DNA from: Octopus vulgaris
Lineage: Eukaryota
Length of the DNA: 64,000 nt
Assembly: GCA_951406725.2 (NCBI GenBank)
Contig: OX597825.1
Location: 78,492,001-78,556,000, forward strand
Direction of reading: 5' to 3'
In this document: piece after piece, positions 54,356 through 64,000 of the stretch
Layout: every line of letters starts with the position of its first letter
How positions within the stretch are numbered: the first letter of the stretch is position 1
Position numbers and translations under genes: made by a program
The notes under the pieces: model-generated
What the model saw: only the letters and a program-made list of their open reading frames with translations
Databases searched by the model: none
Told to the model about the DNA's origin: nothing

Positions 54356-55280
54356 CACAAACACACGGACACACGCACACACGCACACACACACACACGC
54401 ACATATATATTGAAATGTGCTTTCTTCCTTTACATGTCAATAAAAAAGCAAACATGAATATTTTATTTCAAACGAACATAAATATATTTCTGTTAACTGG
54501 CAACAGGCGGAGATAGCGTTCGAGATACGTGTTGTAGTTTTTTTTTTCTGTCTCTGCCAATTAAATATCAGTAACTAAACGGAAATTCTTTGACTAACGA
54601 ACATCTCAAGGGTTGACACATTGCTAAGTTCTTGAATTCCTTGCTATTTTTCTGGCAGGATATTTCTCGAATATTTTTATGTCTCTGAGAACTTGAAAAC
54701 CTGATTGCATGTTTCGTTAGAGTAAACAGTACAGAAGAGAAACGATTAAAAAAAAAATCTGTCACAGTTTCTAACCACAGAATAACCGGTTATTCGTTTT
54801 AGTTTGTTTTATGGTTTCGTCATGGAAGGAAGGCCAGCATCCATGAACTTTTATAGAGCTTCTAAGAATAGTGGAAGGAAGCGGGGGAGAAACCTCAAAG
54901 TCGAGACGGGTCTGGATAATTCTAGTTGATTCTGCTAAATGAACCCCAGATTCAGATGGGGGAAACTAAACCAGATGACGAGGAGGTTCGAAAGTATCAG
55001 TGATAAGAAAACTTGTCAAAACGTTGTAAGCTCGCGTGGTTTTGTTGTGGATTTGAGGAAGTAAACCCTTTCAATACTTTTAAAATATGTTTTCTCTATT
55101 TTTTGTTTGTTGTTGATGCTATTTTTAGACTCAGGTCAGCACTGATACGGCAGATTGTTACATACCAGGTAGAATTTATTTTTGAGATGACATTTCAAGA
55201 TAAACGCCATGCTTCTATTGAAGAATATTTTTTTATTCTTATTATACTGTACTCTGCAATGTAAAATTTTCATTTACTGT

Positions 55281-55635
55281 GGATGGAAGCACTCCGTCGG
55301 TTACGACGACGAGGGTTCCGGTTGATCCGAATCAACGGAACAGCCTGCTCGTGAAATTAACGTGTAAGTGGCTGAGCACTCCACAGACACGTGTACCCTT
55401 AACGTAGTTCTCGGGGATATTCAGCGTGACACAGAGAGTGACAAGGCCGGCCCTTTGAAATACAGGTACAACAGAAACAGGAAGTAAGAGTGAGAGAAAG
55501 TTGTGGTGAAAGAGTACAGCAGGGATCACTCCACCCCTGCTCAATAAACACTCACAACGCTCGGTCTGGGAATCGAAACCGCGATCCTATGACCGCGAGT
55601 CCGCTGCCTTAACCACTGGGCTATTGCGCCTCCTA
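55281..55635 (-). mobile_element. SINE family C with 10-bp TSD
   Basis: tRNA-like head at 55560-55633. Direct repeat CATTTACTGT at 55271-55280 and 55636-55645. Confidence 0.9.
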
Positions 55636-55904
55636 CATTTACTGTAACAAGACAAGGAAAACTGTGTTCGATTATTAACCCGTTCGTAGCAAAATAGTCA
55701 GCATTTCGTTCTTTTAGGTTCCTTGGATATCTAGATAAGTTTTTACATGCTTCTTGTCGTCGTCTTTTGTGTAAGCGTTCGCTCTTTAGCTCGTAGGAAA
55801 TTTTGAAGGTTCTAGATATCGCAGCCATTTGTAGCTTATGAATCAAGGAGCTTCGTTCTTCCTTCACAAATCCAAATTCAGTTATACTTTGGGCAAGTTA
55901 CAAC

Positions 55905-56228
55905 TGGGGCAAGTGTCTTCTACTATAGCCTCGGGCCGACCAAAGCCTTGTGAGTGGATTTGGTAGACGGAAACTGAAAGAAGCCCGTCGTATATATGAA
56001 TATAAATGTGTGTGTGTGTGTGTGTGTACGTGTGTTTATGGTTGTGTGTCAGTGTTTGTTCCCCCAATATCGCTTGACAACTGATGCTGGTGTGTTTACA
56101 GTTCGGCAAAAGAGACCGATAGAATAAATACTAGGCTTACAAAGAATAGTCCTGGGGTCGATTTGCTCGATCGACTAAAGGCGGTGCTCCAGCATGGCCA
56201 CAGTCAAATGACTGAAACAAGTAAGAGA
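55905..56228 (+). mobile_element. SINE family B, 5'-truncated
   Basis: GGGCAAGTGTCTTCTACTATAGCCTCGGGCCG...CAGTCAAATGACTGAAACAAGTAAGAG. Confidence 0.9.
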
Positions 56229-56232
56229 GTAC

Positions 56233-56263
<31 letters not shown>

Positions 56264-56320
56264 CATATATATGTTTAACCATACAACACAAGTCTTCTGT
56301 AATTTTTCACTTTATTTTGT

Positions 56321-56372
<52 letters not shown>

Positions 56373-56582
56373 CATGCATGCATGCTTGCATGCATACATA
56401 CATACATATAAAGATATTTATCTATGCATTTATATTTTTAATGCTTCGCTCAAGCATAGCGATTCATACAACCTGGTGTTAGAACTCAATAAACATGCTT
56501 TAGAACAAACAGTCAGTTGCGTACGGAGTAGTAATAAGAAATTAAAATGACAACATGAGGAATTATGTCATGAACTTCATTG

Positions 56583-56653
56583 GCTAACAGCTGTTTCTGC
56601 TATATGATGTAATTCATTCATACATGAGTATTACCTTATAGCATCATCAGAGC
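56583..56653 (-). ncRNA. Type I hammerhead motif, intact core
   Basis: Minus strand GCT-CTGATGA-TGCTATA..GTAAT...ATTAC..TATAGCA-GAAA-CAGCTG-TT-AGC. Confidence 0.8.
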
Positions 56654-56785
56654 TTAGTACCAGTTAAATCAAGTACCAGTTACGCACTGGGGTCGATGTA
56701 ATCGACTTATTCCGTTTGTCTGTCCTTGTTTGTCTCCTCTGTGTTTAGCCCCTTGTGGGTAGTAAAGAAATATATATATTCATAT

Positions 56786-56840
<55 letters not shown>

Positions 56841-56911
56841 TGTATGTACGTGTGTGTATGTGCGTGCGTGTTTGAATCTATGTGTGTGCGTATGTGTGTG
56901 TTAATCATATA

Positions 56912-57240
56912 GGGGCACTCCGTCGGTTACGACGACGAGGGTCCCAGCTTCTACGATCAACGGAACAGCCTGCTCGTGAAATTAACGGTGCAAGCGGCTG
57001 AAAGCTCTACAGACACGTGTACCCTTAACGTAGATCTCGGGGAGGTTCAGCGTGACACAAAGTGTGACAAGGCCGGCCCTTTGAAATGCAGGTACAACAC
57101 ATTTTTGCCAGCTGAGTGGACTGGAGCAACGTGAAATAAAATGTCTTGCTCAAGGAAACAACGCGTCGCCGGGAATCGAACTCACGACCTTACACAATCG
57201 TGAGCCGAATGCCCTAACCACTAAGCCACGCACCTTCACG
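56912..57240 (-). mobile_element. SINE with family C 3' body but a different tRNA head and a CORE-like block
   Basis: 56915-57097 matches 55289-55472. The minus-strand head is GTGAAGGTGCGTGGCTTAGTGGTTAGGGC...GAGTTCGATTCCC...CCTTGAGCAAGACATTT. Confidence 0.85.
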
Positions 57241-57285
57241 TGAAAGTAAATCATATAAAAGTATGGTAATTGACCATACATATAT

Positions 57286-57516
57286 ATTTCTTTATTGCCC
57301 ACAAGGGGCTAAACATAGAGGGGACAAACAAGGACAGACAAAGGGATTAAGTCGATTACATCGACCCCAGTGCGAAACTGGTACTTTATTTATCGACCCC
57401 GAAAGGATGAAAGGTAAAGTCGACCTCGGCGGAATTTGAACTCAGAACGTAACGACAGACGAAATACCGCTAAGCATTTCGCCCGGCGCGCTAACGAGTC
57501 TGCCAGCGCGCCGCCT
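57286..57516 (-). mobile_element. SINE family A, full length, with ~15-bp TSD
   Basis: TGACCATACATATAT at 57271-57285 and 57517-57531. Confidence 0.9.
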
Positions 57517-57887
57517 TGACCATACATATATTCTTTCGAAAATATGAGTAATTACATTACAGAAACATCATTATCTGAGAGCAAGGAATGGGTTAACAAC
57601 CTGTGTTTCATATATTACCACAACACACACCACGGTTGCTCACTTCATTTTTCAGCTACTGAACATATTATAAACGACACAAACAAAAGTTCTGTTGTCG
57701 TAAGGTCGTTCACGTGGTACAACTATGAGCGGAATTTGTGAACACAGCGGTGTTCAAAAATATGAGCAGAGAAAAGATATACTATACGCATATTTAATAA
57801 ACATACATCGGATAAAACGTTTCTGCATACATTATTTTTCAAGCACCGCTGTTGCTGTGTTGTTTTTTGATATGCACACATGCATAC

Positions 57888-58008
<121 letters not shown>

Positions 58009-58266
58009 CATATATATACAGATATATATACACACATATATATATATATATATATACATATATACATGCAAATATATATATATATATATATATCTGTATA
58101 TACATATATATACAGATATATATACACACACATATATATATATATATATATGCATATACATATATACATACCTAGACATGCATAATGCATATATATACAT
58201 GCATACATATATTCATAGAAATACACACACACACATAATATATACATAATATATACATAATATATA

Positions 58267-58505
58267 CAGTACTCTCTCGACTATCGCGGGTGTTATTTTC
58301 CAACCTCCACCACGCGATTGGTGAAAATTCGCGAAGTAGAAACAGTACTGTACTGCATATATTTTTTATCATTTTCACAATTATATATATATATCTTTTA
58401 TTGTAAGCTCAAAACAACACCACAGAGGAATCGACGTAAGCTTAAATAATAGACCGCGATAGATGAATCACGATAGGCGAACCGCGATATGGTGAGGGAT
58501 TACTG
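58267..58505. mobile_element. Tigger/pogo-type MITE
   Basis: TA-flanked TIRs CAGTACTCTCTCGACTATCGCGG / CCGCGATATGGTGAGGGATTACTG. Confidence 0.75.
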
Positions 58506-58513
58506 TATATATA

Positions 58514-58745
58514 TATTTCTTTACTACCCACAAGGGGCTAAACACAGAGGGGACAAACAAGGACAGACAAAGAGATTAAGTCGATTACATCGACCCCATT
58601 GCGTAACTGGTACTTAATATATCGACCCCGAAAGGATGAAAGGCAAAGTCGACCTCGGCGGAACTTGAACTCGGAACGTAAGGACAGATGAAATACGGCT
58701 ACGCATTTCGCCCGGTGTGCTAACGTTTCTGCCAGCTCACCGCCT
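58514..58745 (-). mobile_element. SINE family A, full length
   Basis: Reverse complement of the 44290-44518 consensus. Confidence 0.9.
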
Positions 58746-58762
58746 TATGTATGTATATGTAT

Positions 58763-58827
<65 letters not shown>

Positions 58828-59044
58828 ACGAATGGATCGTTTGGGTATGATTGCACGTGTTTCAGTTGCAAAATTATATTGACACAACACTTTGCATAAT
58901 ATAATTTAGCATGTAAGATCATATAACATTAGGCAATAATTTGTTTACATAAAATGCCACATCATCAGGTAACACTACATAAGATGTATTTTTAGCTGAT
59001 ATGCCAGTGAAGGCAGTTTATATATCTAAATCAATATAGGCGTA

Positions 59045-59440
59045 GGAGTGGCTGTGTGGTAAGTAGCTTGCCTACCAACCACATGGTTCCGAGTCCAGTC
59101 CCTCTGCGTGGCACCTTGGGCAAGTGTCTTCTACTATAGCCTCGGGCCGACCAAAGCCTTGTGAGTGGATTTGGTAGACGGAAACTGAAAGAAGCCCATC
59201 GTATATATGTATATTATATGTATGTATCTGTGTATATATTTGTGTGTCTGTGTTTGTCCCCCCAACATCACTTGACAACCGATGCCGGTGTGTTTACGTC
59301 TCCGTAACTTAGCGGTTCGGCAAAGAGACCGATAGAATAAGTACAAGGCTTACAAAGAATAAGTCCTGGAGTCGATTTTCTCGACTAAAGGCGGTGCTCC
59401 AGCATGGCCACAGCCAAATGACTGAAACAATTAAATGAGT
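59045..59440 (+). mobile_element. SINE family B, full length
   Basis: Matches 27714-28126. Confidence 0.9.
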
Positions 59441-59985
59441 AAAGAGAGAGTGAATACATGAGGGTAATAGATCCAGGTAGGTACCGTTCAAGCGCTCTTG
59501 TATAATCCAAGTTATGGCTTACAGCATCGAATATGCGGATATTTAAGGTAAACAATCCCAATACATTAAACCCGATGATTAAATCCCGAGTTCGCTTCGT
59601 ATATACATTTATATAAAAATGTATATCAAATCATATCTTTCTTCGAACACAGAAACGCCGTTAAAGCAGAAGAAATATTGAGTAAATTACAAAACAAAGC
59701 GGAAAAATTTATAAAGAACCAACCATGGAACTCGAACCCACATCTCTCAAAGACTCCGGGTGAGTCCCTTACCATTAACCTAAAATGCCCGCTGACATTT
59801 GTTTTTTAAGAAATTAATAGAAAAATTAAACCTTGAGTCGATTTACTCGACTTTATGTCGGTCTCAGGGAACATTTTTAAAACAGGGAAATTTTAAAAAT
59901 ACTTAAAAAACAATTCTGACGTGGGAAATCAAAGAAAATACATATGAAAATATGTACCTACTATTTATTAAATCATGGATATACA

Positions 59986-60270
59986 TGGCCTTGTGGTGAA
60001 AGCAGCGGACTTGTGGTCAAGGGATCGCGTGTTCGAATCTCAGACCGGGCGATGTGTGTGTTTATGAGTGAAACACCTAAGCTCCGCGAGTCTCCGGCAG
60101 AAAGTAATGGCGAACTTCTGCTGACTCTTTCGCCAAAACTTTCTATCACTATTTCCTCCTGCATCTTGCAGCTCACCTGCAATGGACCGGCGTCTTATTC
60201 AGGTGGGGAAACCTATACGTCAAGGAAACCGGCCGTATGAGCCAGGCATGGCTCCAGAAGGAACAAACAA
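59986..60270 (+). mobile_element. SINE with family C-type head and a third kind of tail
   Basis: GCAGCGGACTTGTGGTCAAGGGATCGCGTGTTCGAATCTCAGACCGGGCG...GAAACACCTAAGCTCC matches the head of 30480-30760; the sequence then diverges. Confidence 0.7.
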
Positions 60271-60364
60271 TTTATTAAATCAGATGTAAGCTAATTTTTT
60301 TAATGCTTTTTGATGTTAAGTCGTTTTTTGAGTTAGTCGCATGTCTTGGAAATCAATTGCCAAC

Positions 60365-60388
60365 GATGATGATGATGACGACAACGAA

Positions 60389-60433
<45 letters not shown>

Positions 60434-60439
60434 GAATAA

Positions 60440-60470
<31 letters not shown>

Positions 60471-60508
60471 AAGAAGAAGAAGAAGAACAACAACAACAAC
60501 AACAACAA
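60365..60508. repeat. Compound (GAT)/(AAT)/(AAG)/(AAC) microsatellite
   Basis: Seen directly in the sequence. Confidence 0.95.
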
Positions 60509-60954
60509 AGTGAAGACTTAGAATTTATCCACCCTGACAGGGAGTAAAAGCGGTACAGTTAGTCCTCAGCAGTATTCGAACCCTCAATGGCGGGATTGAG
60601 CGCCTAAACGAATGCACAAAACTTTATCCTATTTTTCCTCTCTAACAGTTCTGCCAATTCGGCAATAATTAAGAAGAATAAATAAATTAAAAAACGCAAC
60701 AACAACAACAACAACAACAACTACCTGATACGAGTTATCAAAATATTAATTCTATTACTAAAACCATTTGAATCTGGAATTTATTTTGAATCATTAACAA
60801 AACCTAATTCAAATAAAATAAATAGTCTCAGATAATTAAACGGCGCATGAAGAAGATGATGGCTCCGGGCTCTTAGACCGATGCTCCACAAAAATGACAA
60901 CCTGTATTATGGTTATTATTTTTCAGCTTTTGTTCTTCTTTAGCAGTTTTCGTT

Positions 60955-60997
60955 ATTGTTGTTGTTATTATTATTATCATCATCCTCATCATCATCA

Positions 60998-61056
<59 letters not shown>

Positions 61057-61560
61057 AGAAAATATTATAATTAACATTCTTCTTCTTCTTCTTCTTTTTC
61101 TTCTTCTATTATCATATTATTATTATTGTTTTTGCTGTTGTTGTTGTTGTTGTTGTTGTTATTATTATGGTAAGAAATATTATCGTGAACATTATTATTA
61201 TTCTCATTCTTCTTCTTTTTCTTCTTCTTCTTCTTCTTCGTCTTCTATTATATTATTATTGCTGTTGTTGTTTTTGTTGTTGTTGTTAATATTATCATTA
61301 TTATCATTATTATTATTATTATTATTAATATTATGCTAAGAAATATTATCGTGAACATTATTATTATTCTCATTCTTCTTCTTTTTCTTTTTCTTCTTCT
61401 TCGTTTCCTATTATCATATTATTATTATTGTTGTTGCTTTTGTTGTTGTTGTTGTTATTATTATTATCATTATTATTATTATCATTATGATAAGAAATAT
61501 AATCGTGAACATTATTATTATTATCCTCATCCCTCTTCTTCTTCAATTATCATATTGTTA

Positions 61561-61595
<35 letters not shown>

Positions 61596-61667
61596 TATTA
61601 TGATTATTATTATTATTATTATTATTACTTATTATGATTATTATTATTATTATTATTATTTATTATG

Positions 61668-61740
<73 letters not shown>
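60955..61740. repeat. Trinucleotide-repeat field with a higher-order ~115-170-bp unit
   Basis: The anchor TAAGAAATATTATCGTGAACATTATTATTAT recurs at ~61171, 61338 and 61491, with a variant at 61055. Confidence 0.85.
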
Positions 61741-63332
61741 CTGCATCATCAGCATCATCAACAGCAACATCATGACAATCCCCATCAAAAAGCATTATCG
61801 TTATACACAACTGATAAACATAAACATGCTGTGTAGTTATCTATGTAGTGTGTGTCTATGTGTACATGTATGTATGCATGTGTGTATATATATGTGCATA
61901 CACGGACGTGTTCATGTGTCTATTTTATATGCATGCACGTATGTATATGTTTGTGTGTGCCCGTGAGTGTATGTGTGTGCATTTGTATGTATGTATATTT
62001 ATGTATGTATGTGTGTGTGTGTATTTGTATGTGTGTATGTGTGTGTATTTGTATTATTCATCTGTATTTGCATGTATGTATGTAATGTATGTATATATGT
62101 GTGTGTATTTGTATGTATGTGTGTGTGTATTTGTAAGTGTGTGAATTTGTATGTATGTATGTATGTGTGTGTATTTGTATGCATGTGTACTCGTATGTAT
62201 GTATTATGTGTGTGTAATTGTATACATGTATGTATGTGTATTTGTATGCATGTATGCATATATGGGTACTTGTATGTATGTGTGTGTGTATTTGTATGTG
62301 TGTGTGTGTGTTTGTATGTATGTACATAAAAAATCGTAGGATCTAGTAAAAAGGACGCTAAAAGACTGCATTTCTAAGGAAAATGTATTTCTGCTTTGTA
62401 TATCATATTTATTTATTGTTGTCATTGTTGCTGTTGTTGTTGTTATTGACGACAAGAACGACGATGGCGGCGGCCACGGCTTCGACGGCGACGATGATGA
62501 CTAAGATGGTGACGACGACGACGACAACGACGACAATGATGACGTCAATGATGATGATGATGACAATGCCGATGATGACGACCACGAGGATGATGATGAT
62601 GATGATGTTGACGACGACTTAACGACGATGATAATGGTGATGATGATGACGACGACGTGTACGACGACGGTGATGATGATGTTCTTACTGGTGTTGCTAG
62701 AGGTAGTGGTAAGGGAGTTGTAAGAATAATAGACGAGTCGGGGGTTTCGAGGTAGCTGTTTAAACCAAAATGGCGAATCAGCGATACATTACTTATGATA
62801 ATATTTAAGTGTTGGCTATGTTCCCTGTAGTAAGCCGATTCCAGTTGTACAGTATCCTACCGGCGAGGGATCGATACAAGCTGGGTCGAAACGATCGTTG
62901 TGACCAATAAGATTTCCCGTGTATTTCATTTTCCGTTTTTGTCATTTGTTATATGCATATAGTAATGATTACATTTCTATTGTCCATTTGTGTCCTAATG
63001 CGTTTGTAAGAACATGACATTCACACACACGTACACTCATACGCACGCACAGACATACAAATACACATTTGTTCAAATACGTATGTGTGTCTGTGTGTGT
63101 AACAGGAGTAGAGATTTAAAAATTCAAGCAGAATTCACGGTAAGCTCTCCGTCGAGTGTCTGACTATTAAAAAGATATTTAGTTGAGTTTTGGGTATGAA
63201 ATTAACCTTACCGTCCTTCCGAATAAGCGGGGATCACATCGGTGAAATGTATAACAAAATAAGTGATAGATAATATATTTATTCCATATGAAATAAATAT
63301 TTCGCCTCACACTTTTCCTGAATTTGATTAAT

Positions 63333-63371
<39 letters not shown>

Positions 63372-63933
63372 TATGTATATATGATGATTGTGCTAGGACA
63401 CAGACTAGCACAACGGATATCCCCATCGTGGTCATCCCTCTTATATATATGTAATATAAGTATACGTAGGTATGTATTATGTAAACGTACGTGCAATAGA
63501 TATGCACAGTTTCCCTTTGTCAAATACTATTTTGAAAGTATCGGTCAACCGAGAGTTAAGGTTAATTACCCTTAACAAAGTATCTCGCAATGAGATCAAA
63601 TTCGAACACGAACCCGTACCATCCTATCTAAGCAAACTTAATTAAACCAGACGGAGAAGAACTACAAATGCGACTCATTTGGGAGGGAAAGAATGGCTTC
63701 AACCGAAGATTGAAATCACGTTGTTATACTTTTGAAAGTCTCTTTTTCTTCTATGTGACTACTCGAGTGCAATGTGGCCGTGTTTATTGTAATTTTCTGG
63801 TCAAACTATTTTCCATTAAAATCTTCAACAAAAACATCACTTGAAGATACATAAGTTCTTGATGCGATTGTTATTTGGGAATTTCGTTGACAAATTATAT
63901 ATAGACGTCACGTTTGTGTACATTTGTGCCTGC

Positions 63934-63984
<51 letters not shown>

Positions 63985-64000
63985 AAGGACGTATATATTT

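Noticed and set aside
54939-55064. Short frame MNPRFRWGKLNQMTRR resembling an amidated neuropeptide
   Set aside because: No signal peptide, no repeated peptide copies and no supporting exon structure.
55560-55633. tRNA-like sequences (also 30690-30760, 57160-57240, 59720-59790)
   Set aside because: They have A/B boxes but continue into SINE bodies and lack a complete cloverleaf; treated as SINE heads.

Overview
Repeat-dense, AT-rich, non-coding animal DNA, most likely an octopus/coleoid cephalopod intron or intergenic region. That attribution is an inference from the SINE families and the extreme (TA)n/(TATG)n/(CA)n/(GATA)n/(ATT)n microsatellite load. No host protein-coding gene, rRNA, tRNA gene or CRISPR array can be supported, and nearly every ORF in the supplied track is a translated microsatellite. 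The recognisable content is: (1) at least three tRNA-derived SINE families in more than 30 copies, several with target-site duplications; (2) decayed DNA transposons (mariner, DD37D/maT, Chapaev3-like, pogo/Tigger-type MITEs, two long foldbacks); (3) a CR1/L2-type LINE 3' end; (4) a decayed Penelope-like retroelement (RT C-terminus, CxC-CPL knuckle, GIY-YIG) at ~80-1900; (5) a 20-bp minisatellite and an ~800-bp tandem duplication. The most interesting signal is a dense population of type I hammerhead-ribozyme motifs. Eight have complete CUGANGA/GAAA/NUH cores, and about ten more are decayed or partial. They fall into several unrelated short element families, mostly sit between (TA)n-type tracts, and often carry a partial inverted copy of themselves. 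This looks like a diverse set of non-autonomous, hammerhead-carrying, Penelope-like retroelements associated with microsatellites. Coordinates were read by eye and may be off by a few bases.
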